64,000 bases of DNA from Paramecium tetraurelia (Eukaryota): positions 62,001 through 126,000 of the forward strand of contig CT868085.1 in assembly GCA_000165425.1 (NCBI GenBank), in the 5' to 3' direction. The translations under genes were made by a program, and so were the position numbers. How positions within the stretch are numbered: the stretch's first letter is position 1; each line of letters opens with the position of its first letter. The notes beneath the pieces are model-generated. The model did not search any database and was not told the origin of the DNA. It saw only the letters and a program-made list of their open reading frames with translations. This document shows, in pieces, positions 39,680 through 54,630 of this stretch.

Positions 39680-42600
39680 TCACAAAATAGATTAATACAA
39701 GTTTAATACTTTTGTTCCAGTTAATGAAATATTAATCACTTGATAAAGAGAGACCTATATAGATTAGATTAGAATACCTTATAAATGATATTCAGCACAC
39801 CCAAAGGATATAACGAATTATCATAATCAAACTATCTATCTATAATCCATTGCTTTGCTATTTTGGCATCTCCAACTATAATTTAGTGATCACTCACTTG
39901 AACTTCAACTAATTTCGTTTTGTTCATCATAAAATCAATCTAGAATATATATAAATTGACATACCTATTCCAATTCTATTTTCATGATATAAATTGATTC
40001 ATCTAGACTTCTGAAACCAAATTTTGATGACCTTCTGGACTAATACTCTATTAAATTTATGTTTTCGTTCTCTTATATTTGGATTAACATTTATTATAAA
40101 TGGATCATCTTCTTCAAGTGCTGATTTTAACTTATAGTTTATTAAATGTTAGCATTCTCATTAGTATATATTTGGATTAATCTTTATTTACAATTTTCTT
40201 TTAATTAAAATGTGTCGTCCTTTATAATCTTGAACATCTAGGTATTGTTGCACAAAATTTCAAATTATTCTAAGTCATATTCAGTTTGAGTAGATCCATC
40301 GGAAAAGAGATTTTGGAATTTGGTTTGGTCTCTCTTTTTAGCAATTTCTAATTCTTGGAGTAATTTTTAATAAAGAGATTCTTCGAATCCAATTTAATTC
40401 TTCAATGATTGATTCTTGCTATGAACAGTGGCATACTGAATTTCTAATCTATCTTTTTCTTATTGTGTTTCACTTATTTCTTTAGCAATAGATTGAACTA
40501 ATGTTTGCTTCTCATTTTTTTCAATCTCTGCATGTTCTAAATCTGACTAAATGTCTTATAAATATTATAATTTATTTTCTTTTTCATTCTCTAAATTCTC
40601 GACTTATTCAGCCAACTATCTTCCTTCTTGAGAATATATGGCCATTCTATTTCTTAATTGCAAAAGCTTTTGATCACTTTCAATCAAATTTTTGTAAAGT
40701 GTTTATAAGTAATCTTTCTTCTCTTTTAATTTGTTTCTTGCGTTGCCTTCTTACTCATTGAGTTCTTGGGTTTCATCTTATAACTCATAAATTCTTTGTA
40801 AAACACTGACCTTTTGGGATTCTAAATCTGATTATTTCCCAAAGATTGCTTAAAGTTCAAACTCAATTTATTCTACACTCTATCTTCTTGAGTCCAATTC
40901 TTTAGCTAATCTATTTTCCTTTTCAGCCCAATCCTTCAATTATAAAGATAAACCTAAGTGGTTTTCAGCAGTCTACTTAATTTTATTTTGTAAGTCCTTC
41001 AACAATTCACTTTCCTTAGTGAATTTCTCTTGCAATTCTAAGAGTATCGGGTCGTCATCCAAAAAGAAACTCGGCTGCATTGACATCTTAGATTAAAACA
41101 TAGAAGGAATTATACTATTTTTTTCTTGTTGTTACTATTACAGTGTCTAAATGGTCATTTCTAATATTTCTATTTTCTTATCTCTGTCTTGCAAGGCTTG
41201 TTAGATTTTATCTTGAGCAAATTGTGAAACTGAAACAGGAATACCTTTGTTCACTTACTCTTCCTCAGCCTTCTTTTCTGTTGTGTCTGGACTCTACTCT
41301 ACCAATTTCTAAAGATCATCCTTCAAATTATTATTACGTGAATTTAAAGAAGTGATCTTGTCTTAGATATCTTCTTCCATATCCTCATCTTGTTATTGAG
41401 GCTCTGCACCTAAGGATCTTTGTTTCTTCCTTTTAGTTGTCAATTGTTTCTAAGCTTCATTAACATCATTGTTTATTCTCTCTAACTCATCAATTAAATT
41501 TTCTTTCTTCTTTTGTAGTTATTTTAACTCCTTTTCCTTCAATTATAAAACAGCTTCCATCATCTTAGACTCCTCATCTACTTTCTTAAATTAATCATTT
41601 AATTTTGTCAATTCGTCATTCTTTTCTTCCAATTAAAATTTCATTTCATCTAATTAAGCTGATGCAGAATGAAGATCTTACTCTATATCATTCTTTTCTA
41701 ATAATTTGAATTCAAGCTCCTACCTCTGATCATTATTGAGATTCTCTTGTTCTTCATTCTGTTACTTAAGTTAATTACATTCCTCTTATAATTTTTATGA
41801 TTCATCTTTATAGCCTTGAATTTCCCCTATTAATCCCTCTTGTGCACGAATTTATTTGATACGGTCTTGTAATAAAGCATCGAGATCTTACAATTGTATT
41901 GAGTCAATCTGATTCTTTAACTCCCTTTCTCTCTAATAATTTTCCAGAAGTTAATTTTCAATATTTTCATTCAGTCTAATTTAATCCTCCAACTCCTTTT
42001 CCTTCGATTCCTTCTTTTATTATACTTCATCAAGTAGTTTATCTAATTTATCTACTTCTTATTAGGCAGCATCTAACATATCATTTTTCTTCTCAACGAT
42101 TGATTACAATTATAATAACTATTCCTCCCTCTCAGGAATTATCTTTAAATTGATTTCAATGTCTTATTCACATTTTCCAATCTAATCCTTCAAATTTTAG
42201 CACTGTTATTATAATTGTTAGAACTATTCCTACTCAGCTTTCATTTTTTAAATTTCAATCAAAGTTTTCATTAACTCTTGTTCCTGAACTTATTTTTTCT
42301 TCAAAAAATCTTCTAATTCAGCATTAAGTGAATTGTAATTCTGTTTTTCAGCCTCTAGATTTTCAGCTAATCGTTTTGATTTAGAAGCAACTGCAGCAAC
42401 CAAGACTTCATCCTTCTTTATTTAATCTTCTAGATTAGCCTTCTTCTCATTCAAATCCTATAGCATATGATTATTTTCATCTACATATTTCTCAGTCTCA
42501 GAGATTTCTTAGAAAATTTTGTTCTTCTGTTCAATCTTCTATTGCAATTCCTGTTATAAATTATTTAAAGCTTCTACATTTTATGCGTATTATAATTTTG

Positions 42601-45600
42601 CAGATTCTTTCAATTCATCAATCTCTTTATTTTAAGGGAGCAATAAACTGATTTATTCCTGTGTAGCTTTTTATTCATCTTATAAGGTTTCATAGGTTTA
42701 CTTGTCATCATTTATCTATTTTGTAAGAGCATCTATTTGTTCACTTAAAGTGATATCTTCTAAATTGAGATTCCTATAAATCTTTACTTCTTATTCTATC
42801 CCTTGATTTTCATTTCGCAATTAATTCAAGTCTGATTCTAATAATTGTTTCTTCTCGTTTTATGAACCTATATCTTGATTCAAAGTTGACAATTGTAATT
42901 CCAAGGCAGAATTTATCTCTTGCTTCTACTTGATTTATCCTTCTAATTGTTTTTTCTTGTCATCCAGATTTTATAAATTTAACTCAAGCTAAGCAATCTA
43001 TTATTACATTTATTTTTCCGTTTATTGAAGTTCTTAAAGTTGAGGCTCTAAAAGTTTAAGTTGATATTATAAATTATTTTGTTCTTTGTGTAATAAATCT
43101 CTCCTTCCTTTTTACTTTCTATTCTATTACTAGTAGAATTAATTATCTTTATTCAATCTCTAAATCTAGTTTTTCTTGTCTTCAACTACTGTTTCCAGAT
43201 CAATAATTAAAGAATCATAATTAGCAATTTGATTCTTCAACTATTTCTAAGTCTATTTCAAATTTTGAACTTTCTTACTCAATTCTAAATTCTCTGATTT
43301 TGTTTTAATTATTTCAGTTTACTCAGGACCTCCAATTTCTTAAGGTTAATTGTAATCCTTCTTTTGTATCTCCTACTCAATCATTTGTTTCTAATTTTAT
43401 TACAATTCCTCCACCAGCTCATCAAAATTAGAATTCTCCTTCTGAAGTTATTCAATTTATTATTGCATTTCAATTTGCTCTTATTTTAAATCCTGCATTA
43501 CTTCATTTTATTAATATAATTGTTATTTTAATGCCTCTATTTCCAATTGTTTTTCTTTCTTCTATTATAAATAGAATTCAACTTCACTATCATCAAGACT
43601 CATTTATCTAACTTACTCCTACGCCTGATTAATAGAGCTAGCCAATTCACTCAAATTGTCATTATGCTCTTGGATCAATGGATGTTGATGTTAAGTCTTT
43701 GGAGATGCCTCTGTTTTCAAATTGTTAGCCTTGTCATCTGAATCTTCTTAGTAAATGTACATAGGCTATTGCAAAATTCTTGAATTCTAATTAGGTATTC
43801 TAGCCTCTTTTTATGATAACTACTACTATTTATCTAGGATTCTCAATTCCAAATTTTTTAATGCTTCATCTAATTCTAAATTCTTCTTAATTAACTCATC
43901 AGTTTGTTAAATCCTTTGTTAGAGTATTTAACTTTCTTTATTTTACTTCTCAACCTATATTTGAATTTCAGCATTCTTAATTTCCATATCCAATTCTTTA
44001 GCTCTTGACTTTTTCTCTTGTAACTTAAACTCAGAATCACGAATCAAGTCTTCGTAATTTAAGTTCTCTTAAACTAAAGCTTGTATCTCATCCTACAATT
44101 TCTAATTTTGCTTTTTGATTACCTTGACATCCTATTGAGCTAATTAAAAACCATGAATCTATTTCTTTAGATCGGCTACTTGATTACGAAGATCTGCATT
44201 AATCTTATCTTTATCAGATAATTCACTGTTCAACTATATTATTTTATTTTTCAATTGATCAATACTCAAGCTATAACCTTAAAGGACTTATTCCTATTGT
44301 TGCAATTATGAATCTTACTCTTAATCATAAGATTTAATGATCCCAGCATTTTCAACTGCTTCTTAGATATTCGAAATGCTAGAGTCAAAACCAATATGAT
44401 TTTAAATTTCCTTCAATCTCTATTATTTCTCAGCCAGTTTCACTTCCAAATTATTCAGAGTTTCTTCTATCTCTACATTCTTCCTAACTAATTCATCAGC
44501 CCTATCACAGTTATCTTAATAAGTCTTAACTAATTAACTATTCCTAACTTCCCTATCCTTTTCATCAATTGCCTTCTCCTTCTCAAATATTTTTTACTAT
44601 AATTTTGATAATTCCTCATTCAAAGCAGCAATTTATAAATTTTTTTAATGAACTTAATCCTGCATTTGCTTCTTCTCATTAACACTATCTGACACTCTCT
44701 AACCCAATAATTCTTAATCCTTATTAAACACTCCTTCTAGTTGTTCTTTTCTCTTGTTCTTCCTTGCCAATGCATCTCTCAGCTCCTATATTCTTCTCTC
44801 AACATCATTATTACTTTTTAATAAATCCAAAACCTCTTGTAACTTTTTCCCATCTATTCCTTCCTTCACCAAAAATTCTTGAGGCGATGTAAATCCTTAT
44901 GTAGATTTAACTTATTATAGTTTTGGTTCAGTCTCCTCCTTATCTGCTCTAGTAAATACAGGTTATGATCTTGCAGGATGAAGTTGGTTGGATTCCTATT
45001 CAGAAGGGTTTGGTTCTTTGAGATCTTACTTTTAACTATCTCCATCCAATTCTTGTAGAATCTGTCCTGTTTACAAAGGAATAGAAATTTAATCTTCGAA
45101 GTTGCTGACTACTTATTAAACATCACTAAGTTCTTAGATTTGTTCAATCATTTATCCTTAATTCTGCTGTTTCAAAAATAGTTGATTTGGTTAAACTTGG
45201 TTAGGCTATTAAACTTGTTTAGTTCCTTCTTATAATTAACTTAACAATTAATCTTTATAGTCATTTTTAGCTACAAGTTTCTGTTCCAATTCTTCAATCA
45301 GGTCATCTAAGCTTAAATGCTCTTTAACTAATTCATCTATCTTTTATTATTTTTCTACAAGTTTTTGCTTGTTATCCCTGATTTAGGAATTCGACGAACT
45401 CGAATCAAGAGAAGATTCTCTTATTTTTTGAGACAATTAAGCAGCTTATTCATGCTAATTATCCATTCTTTACTATAATCCTTTATTTAGTTTTATCTGA
45501 GCTTCTAATTGATCTTCCAATCTTTGTATATCCTTACGCAATTCTGTGTTTACTAATTCTTCTTATGAGTGGAGGAACTGTTAATTTTAATATTCTTGTA

Positions 45601-48600
45601 TCGATGGTATTTATTCCTTATAAGATTAAAGCTCGTTCTCTTTTTCTTTTACTAAGTCTTTCAATTTAGCAAGCTCTTTTTCTTTTTCTGTCAACAAGTC
45701 CTTCAATCTTGATATTTGTACTTCTTGATCATACTATCTTTACAAAGTTTCCTAATCCAATTTGGATGTGCTTGCCATAGTCGCTGATTCCTAAAGTTAA
45801 GAACTTTGTGATCGAGCTTCTGTCTTTTTCTCTAAAGCACAAAGTTGAGCTTCTAATTCATCCTTTGCCTCTTTCTTGGCCTATACCTTGAGTTCCAGAT
45901 TTTCAATTATATCCTAAAGGGCTTAAACTTCTTAAATCAAGTCAGTTTATTTCTCTAAACCTTTTTCATATTATTGTTGAAGATCTTGGGTAGTTTATGG
46001 CTATTATTATGACTTTTAAGGTTATTCAGATTGATCTTAATTTTAAACTGACTTTTATACTTATTTAGTTTTTATGTCATCCTCTTGTTAAGGAATATGA
46101 ATTTATTAATTCTATCCTTCGCTTAATTATTTTATCTAATCCATAAGTTTTTTATTTAGTCTTTTGAGATCCTTTATTTTTTTTTCATATTTTTCTTTAA
46201 TTGTTAACATTTTGGGTTTTCTTTAAAGATCTTCAGATTTCTCTTATTCTAAACCTTATTAATTATCATACAAAGGTTCTTCTTAAGTTAATTAGGGAGA
46301 TAATGATATATCCTCATCTAATTCTTTGTTCAACATATACACCTCATACATTTTTGATCTCTACTATTAATCGTTATATTCTTTATTTGCTGCTTCTAAC
46401 TATTTCTTTATCTCTTCATTCTCAATCTTCCTATTGGCTAATTTACTTTCCAAATCTATTATTAAATCTGCAATTTCCATATTCTACTTCACAAGATCAT
46501 CAGACTTTCGTTGATTTATTTCTAATTTCTCTCTCTACTGTTCTTCAGACAATGTTCCAAATTGCTTAAGTTCCTCAATCTATTCCAAAAGCATCTATAT
46601 GTAATCATCCTTGGTCCTTATTTTCTTCTACAATTATTCAATTGTGGCCCCTTGATCTTCTGGATTTTGTTCGTAATTTTGATCTGTTCCCTAAGCTTAT
46701 AACTAAAAGTTATTATTATCTTATTCATTAGATTCCATATTTCCACTTTAGAAATTAAGAGGTATACTCTAAAGCCCTTAATTAGCAAGTTCATTTTTGA
46801 GTTCATCTATCTCATTTTCTTTCTCTCTAATTAAATATTCATAGTTCTTAATTATATCTAGGGGAATAGTTATTAACTTCCCATCTTGAGTTTTATGTTT
46901 AGCAAATTAAGTGTACTTAGGATTTTCAGGGGTATTTGTTACTTCTTATGATGAAACTTCTTATTAATTAACGCTACCTAAATCAAACGAAAATTCTTCT
47001 TTATCCAATATACTTTAGAATGGCTCTCTAAATTTTTCGACAGGAGTCGTCCTTTATTGCTCGACTGATTTACTATAATTAGGTTTTGCTGATTCCTTGT
47101 TCGGCATTTATTCTTTTTTCAAGTTGTTTAATTCCTCTTCAAGTTGTTGAACTTGTTAAGCCAATTCTGAATTGTTTTCCTTTGTATCCTATAATTTAGA
47201 TTTTAGATCCATCAATTCCTCTTATAGTGGTTAATTATCTTACTGTTATTATTTTAGTTCTTCATTCAGTTATTAAACCAATTGTTCTAATATTTTATTA
47301 TTCTCCTCTGTCTAATTAAATTTGTCCTATAGCTTTTAGAAATCATCGTTAGCTAATTTATTAGAATTTTTATTCTTTTGATCCTACAATTATGCTAGCC
47401 TATCCTATTATTATTTAATTTATGATTAAGTTTGATTATTAGAATCCTATAATTCTTTATTTTCTTATTGTAATTTTTATTATATTTCTTTATTTTAATT
47501 ACACTCATCTTGCAATTATTAATTTTCTTTTTTCTGATTTTGATAGTCAGCCTCTAATATTTCATGTTATTTCTTTAGATCCTTTATATCTTATTATAAA
47601 GCTGGAATATTGAGCTTCTTAATTTCATTTTCAATCTCTTCTTTTTAAGCTTATTTATCAACTAATTTCTATTATAATTCTGCAATCAAATCTTCCAATT
47701 TTTAATTTTCAAGTACTAGATCATCTATATTATTTCTTCCTTAACTTGTATTTAATTTCTCATTATCTTATTTATTTAAATTAGGTTATGATTAATTATC
47801 ATTACTAACATTAAGTTATTTCTACAGTTGATCTTTTTCATTCTATTTTTAAATCAATGCTTTTTAAAGTTCATTAATTTTATCATTAACATCTAAATTA
47901 GCTTTAACTAATTCATCCACTGTCTTTGGTAGCTGATCTTTAGATTATTATAACTATTTCTCCAATTCCACATTTTAGATTCCCACATCCAATAATTTTG
48001 CTTCTAATTCTTTTTTCCTATTATCTTATGACATTAGCTTTCTCTCCAAATCATTTATCATATCATCTATTGTGGCTGTTTACTTTGCTAAATCTAATGC
48101 TTGATCTGATTATTTAGGAGATATATCTCTTTTTTTAATTTCAGAAATGGAGTCATTTGCTTTTTGCTGTTGGAGTTAAAGTCGAGATTTCAGATTTTGA
48201 ATTTCAATATCCTTTTCCTCTATTAGAAATTGCATTCTTCTATATTCCTGTATGATCCTTTCAATAACATCTTGCAATGCTTCTGGATATTATTATAATT
48301 CATTCAGTACATTCGATGCTTCATTTCCTTGTTGAGTTGCTCCTACTTTACTTCGTTTCGATTAAATATTCGATTAAAGTTATCCTATCAATTAATCTAG
48401 GGTACTTTCCTAAGTTTTTAGTTAACCGATTACGGCATCCTTATTCAAAATTTGATTTTGCAGATCCCCTATAATATTTTGTAGCTATAGATTCTATTAA
48501 ATTAATTGTTGTTGTGCAGCAAGTATGTCTGGTGATGCTGCTTATACTGGTTTAGAAGTAAATTATGCAATCATCTCATCTTTCTCTTAAATCTCAGCCC

Positions 48601-48873
48601 TCAAAAACTCAATTTATGTCTTCAGTTAAACATTAATGTTCTTCAAATGTTGCACTTATTCATTTTAAAAGCCTAAACTTTCGAATTCTTATAATCTCCT
48701 TCTAAGTTCTTCAATTTCCTTTGCTTATTGCCAAATGATATGTTCTTAACTCATCAAGAGTTCTTCAATCTCTAGTTTATTTCTAAACCTATTTTACCTT
48801 GGATAGTGGCTGTGGCACCCTTCAAGTGTCCTTGTAGTTTAGACACACACTGCTCGTGATTTATATTACTCAT
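39680..48873 (-). CDS. Giant (~3,000 aa) coiled-coil protein
   Basis: MSNINHEQCVSKL..; about 9.1 kb of Q/E/K/L-rich heptads using TAA/TAG as Gln; short introns near 48.78, 39.95 and 39.77 kb; short globular C-terminus. Interior not checked codon by codon. Confidence 0.85.
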
Positions 48874-49242
48874 TTATAATTATAATACAAATTATAACAA
48901 TTAAACAAAACACTTATACGCATTATCAATGAATTATTCACAACAATTTTACACACTAACAGTGTTTAAATTTGAGGCAACAAACTCCTAAAATTTGTGA
49001 TAGACCTCAAAATTTCTCTCCAATATTTTATAATAATCTTATTGGTTTTCTTTTTTATTAGAATTAATCTTTATAGTGAATTCATTTTTGGGGTTCTGAT
49101 AGAATTTAGTAGACTTCTATTTCTAGCCTCTTGTAAACAAGATTCAGGATTCAGAAATCCAAAGAATTGATATGTCATATTATATTAAAATACCATGTAT
49201 TTTATAATTCAAAGTTGCATTTTAATTAATATAATTTCAAGT

Positions 49243-52200
49243 ATGAATACATATAGCTCATTAAAGTATTTTCAAATATTTATAGGAGATCTTTTGATTC
49301 TTAAATTTAGGGGAGAAAAATCTAAGAACCAAACGTTGCCATTACTAGCAATAGAGCTAAAAAGAGTCCAAGATTATGTTCACCTGAATAAACTCTTGAC
49401 TAATTTATTGAACTCAAACCTCAACACATCTAATAAACACTAAAGAAGAAGAAGGTGATCCAAGGACAATAAGGGAAATCAAAATCGTAAATAAATACTG
49501 CAAAAAAAGGATTTTTTCCATCCTAAGAGAAGAAATTGAAAAAATCAATTTAACAACAAACTAAAAAGAAATCAAACACTTTATTTTTAAGCAATTCTAC
49601 CAGTCCTTAAAAGTAAATGAATCCTAAAAAGCATGCTTAAATTAATAATATTGGAGAGATGCTAATTAAATAACAAATAAATAAATAAAATTTATAAAAA
49701 GATGTTAAATAATTACCAGAGAAGAAAAACTTGAATAATGTTGAAAAAAGGTAGCAAAGCAAGAAGGAAGACATTTAACTTTATATAAATTGCAAAAGAG
49801 CTTAGGATACAATCAATTTGAAACACTAGGAGATTTAAATGCTCCTAGAATAGAAGAAAAAGTATTAATTCCTAATTAATTAGAATTGAGAATTTAGTTA
49901 AATTGGATTAATTGAGAAAGAAGATTTTATCAAAATAAAAAACAATAGATGCAAGAATAAAATCACCAAAAAAAGGTAAAAAGAAACTGAAAAAAAATAA
50001 GTAAAAAGAATATCCTGATAAAATATTAAGTCCTGAATAAGAAAAGCCTGGGAAACTAATAGATAAATTAATAAAAAGATAAGAATAGCATACTAAGATG
50101 CAGTAGAATCAATTCTAATTAAAATATGAGCAACAATAAAATAAATAAACTAAAATTAAAAAACATATAGATCTACCCTAAAATGAAGAAGAGCATTCCT
50201 TATCATACATGTAACCTAATGATTAAATATTGCCTAACGAAGTAGAAGAAACATTGAATTAATTCCCGCCATCAAATTATTTAAAAGAACTAGTAAAGAC
50301 TCTTATTTCAAACAATGAGGTGTTGTCTACTGCAAACTTAGCATAACACGACTTTTAATTATTGGAATTTTATTACATGCAAGCAGCTGCGACTAAGATT
50401 TAAAGTGTTTGGAGAGGATTTTATTAAAGAAAATTGATACTCGATAGTTATCTAAGATATCTCGAATAAGAAGATTAGTTACAATAAGAGAATGGATAAT
50501 ATTAAAACTCTTCATTCTTAAAAGAATCGAATTAATCTAGTTCCCCAAAGGTTGCTAATCCTCCACAGAGTTAAAATAATTCAGAGCTTTAATATGAAGA
50601 AGAAGAAGAAGAAGAGGATTCACAACGAAGATAGTTGGATGTCCAATAAGCCATTACAAAAATATTAAAAAAATAATAAGATTCGCCATAAAATTAATCT
50701 TCATAATCATTTAGTCAATAGCAGAGCGATGATCTAGTAGTTATTAATTAAGTGCCTAGAGGATCTGAAATTGAAGATAATGATAATGAAATTAAAGAAA
50801 ATGGGGATCTCTAAAATAGTATTCATGATCATAAGATATCTAAATAAGAGTCCATTATATAAGAAATTTAACATCAATTAAATGATTGGAACTTCAATTT
50901 AGAAAACTTAATAACTGAAAATAGAAAATCATATGCAATTAAGACTCTAAAAGAATAGATGTAATAAGCAATTATAACTATTGTGCAATCTCAAATCTAA
51001 AAGTTTTAGGAATAATAAAGTAAATAATAGACTGAAACAGAGTAATCAGTGGATTTTAAAATGAGATTATCATAGGAAACTAATACTGAAAAGAATTTTA
51101 ACGATATAAGAAAGAAATTTAAAAGCGTGTAAGAGTAGAGTGAAGAAAGATTACTTTAATCCTCCAAAGATTAATCCACAGATATCAATAGGTCATCACT
51201 TTTAGCATTATAATCTCAATTAATGAGAAGAGAGATTGAATTACTGAGTATGAGGGAAGAAGCAATTCAATTAAGATATTAAGCAGAAATCAAAAAAAAT
51301 GAGAATGATGATAACAAGAAATCAGAGCTGAATTTATGGTTAAAAAAGGAATTGGAAGATTTATAGTAAACTAGATAGGCCATTGAGATTAGTACAAAGA
51401 AGGAAGCAAGTGCAATGAAAAAGATATAAAGAGACTTGATAATTGCTTAATCTTTTGATGAAAACAATTCAAAACTTTAGAGTCTAAGAAAAAGAGTAGA
51501 TGAATAACTAAGTAATCTAAAATAATCTAAGTAAAGCATATCTGACATAAAATTGATTAATAATTTTTGTATACCAAATGAAAATGAACTTGAGAAATTA
51601 GCAGAAACGTAATCAGAAGATTTCAATTATGAAGAATAATTTCAATAAAAATAATTCCTAAAGGACAACTTTATTGAGTCATATGAAACAATTGAAAAGT
51701 CAGCTAAAGTGAATTTAGTTGTTAGTGATCTGGTTCTAGATTTACTATAAGAAATGACTGAAGGTAATTGTTATAATTTTAACATTAGAATTATTTTTAA
51801 GTGAAAATAAATTTGACATTCTTATATAGACTTTGATAAGGTAATCGATAATTCCTTAAATACCAACTTCTATTATAGAAATTCGTTATTATATCCATAA
51901 TCTATTTGATTACATATTACCTTAACACTATTATGAGATCATTAAGAACATAAACTTGCCTTATGGATTCTCACCATAGAAGCGTCTATAATTTATTCAT
52001 GGCTACATGGAATAAGATGAATCTCAGTACAATGAATTTTTGACATTTGTTTTAAAAGAAGAATATTTCTTAGAATATGAATAATATAGATTATAATAAA
52101 ATGAGGCTGAAAATGAAGATAGTGTTACACAAGCTTTGAAAGAATTGGAACATATACATAATAGAGCAATTTTTGATGCATGCAATGAAGCTCTAAATTT

Positions 52201-52707
52201 TTAAAGGCCATATTATTGCAGTATTTCTATATTAAATTTTAGATAGTGGATCACCTTATCCTTGGGAAGGAAAAATCGGTCATAAAGTTATAAATGATAA
52301 TGATTTGAGTGAGATTTTTAAGAATATGGAACTCAAAGTTGTTTAATGGGCTAATTCCCTTTGTGGACTTTTGCCTGTTGAGGAGGAGATTGCTGTATCC
52401 AAAGAAAAGTAAGTCATTTTAGATGAGAAAAATTAACAAATAATGCTTCAACAGATGCAATACTAGGACAATCCTGAGTTGATGGACCAAGATTATCAAT
52501 AGGATCCGATCTCATAAATCAGAGAACAAAGACTGTATAAAGCTCTTATTCAAGATGTAGATATTTCATTTAAAATTTCAGTTTAAGGATTTAGAATACA
52601 GATGGAATCAAGATTAGGATGACAAGGCTGAATTGTTGATGGAAATTGGAGATTTGATCTTTGAGTAATGTATAGAGGAGTTTTTAATAGAGTCAGTTGT
52701 TTTGTGA
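49243..52707 (+). CDS. CEP350/TRM-like protein (IQ-like motif, C-terminal DUF4378-like domain)
   Basis: AAATKIQSVWRGFYQRK; LLSMREEAIQLRYQAEI; HIHNRAIFDACNEAL; EIGDLIFEQCIEEF. Several short introns, the first at ~49266-49285. Confidence 0.7.
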
Positions 52708-52949
52708 TGTTAATTCGATTTATGTTAAATTATTGTTTATCAATTAAAAAAACATTATTGAATAGTCATAAAATTCTATTTTATAAGTATTCATCTAATT
52801 TTTCATATGATTAATTTTGATTTGATATTAATAAATAAGGTAAATAGAAAAAATTTAAACTTAATTTCCAAAATTAAGAATAACTGATAATCAATTAAAA
52901 CAACTGACTGTGATTATACATAAAATATTTATTATTTTGATTAACTGTC

Positions 52950-54094
52950 ATGAATCAACTTCAAATTGAAGAACTTCAAAGAAAGCTATAACAATTAAAA
53001 CTTGAAAGAATGAATGAGGATTCATCAGAAGATGAGCCTACATTTTAATCTGTTTAAGGAAAACTCAATGATAAATAGTTGTTCTAAAATCTCTCGATTG
53101 ATAGTTTTGAAGTGTACACCACACTGGGCACTGGCACTTTTGGACGTGTAAAATAAGTTCGAATTAAACGCGATGTCAGTCGTTAAGTTTATGCTCTTAA
53201 AATTATGAAGAAACATGATATCTTAAAATTAAAATAAGTTGATCATATCAAATCAGAGAAGAATATTTTGAATGAAATTTCACATCCATTTCTAGTATAA
53301 TTAAAAGGCTCATTTCAAGATCAAAAGTGCATATACATGTTATTTGAATTTGTTTCAGGTGGGGAATTATTCTCTCGTTTAAGAAAGGATGGCAGATTTA
53401 GTTAAGATATCACATTGTTTTACGTGTCTGAAATATTACTGGCAATTCAACACTTGCATAGAAAAGATATAGTCTATAGAGATTTAAAACCAGAAAATTT
53501 ATTAATAGATAGAGAAGGCCACATCAAAATAGCTGATTTTGGGTTTGCTAAAATAATAAAAAATAATCATACACAAACATTGTGTGGTACACCTGAATAT
53601 TTAGCGCCTGAATTAATTCAAGGAGCAAAAACCGGGTATGGAAAATCTATTGATTGGTGGGCTTTGGGAGTTCTAATATTTGAAATGCTGGCAGGGTAAT
53701 TATTAAGTACATAATCTTAGCCATCCTCCGTTCTATGATATTGAACCAACAAATATATACAAGAAAATATTAAACGGAGTGATAGAGTTCCCGAGGTTTT
53801 TGCATGTTCGAGCAAAGGATGTAATTAGAAAATTGCTAAATTCTGATATTAATAAAAGATTAGGAGTGGAAGATGTAATGTAACTATTTAAAATAGGAAG
53901 GGGCAGCATTAATGAATCATAAATTCTTTAGGGGAGTTCCTTGGCAAAAGGTTTATGAAAAAAAGATTCAACCTCCTTGGACTCCATTCTTGAGAAATGA
54001 AACAGATTCACAATGGTTCGATAAATATCCAGAAGAAAGGGAAGACATTCCACTTATACATGATGAGTAGTAGCATATGTTCGATGACTTTTGA
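52950..54094 (+). CDS. cAMP-dependent protein kinase catalytic subunit-like (AGC) kinase
   Basis: [60 protein letters not shown]-terminal FDDF. Two short introns. Confidence 0.95.
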
Positions 54095-54630
54095 TTAATT
54101 AAATGATTTAAATAGAAACTAAAGATGAATATTTAATGGGTTAGTAACATGTCAATTATTAAATCTGAAATAAATATATTAATGATTGATGATTGCTTAT
54201 TTTTGTTTTTTAATTTCATGTTATCAGAAAAATCTGAATTAAATCTTTTGAATCTATTTTAATCACATTATAAATGGTTTATTAGATATTCATAATGAAT
54301 TATTGATAATTCTTACTAATATTAGATGGATAAGAAAGATTAGTAAAGACTATATTTTAAATTGAAATTGTTTAATGGATTTTTTAATTTTATCTTGTTC
54401 TCAGAAATCATCTTAATAATTCTACATCCTTTAATGATTTGAAGAGACTGTTCTTTTAAGTATGGAATTATCAAAACAACCTAGGAGTTTCAACTTTGGT
54501 ATTTCGTTCAAATAAGATTGTAAATTTATTCTTAAAATGAATTATGTGATAAAAATACAAGTTCTCTATATTACTTAAATGTTCAACAACAATTTTTTTC
54601 CCGCTTTTTTGAGAAATAAAATTAAAAAAA

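Noticed and set aside
54186..54237. TGATGA..CTGA pair resembling a box C/D snoRNA
   Set aside because: Very AT-rich, no convincing terminal stem, guide or promoter; expected by chance.
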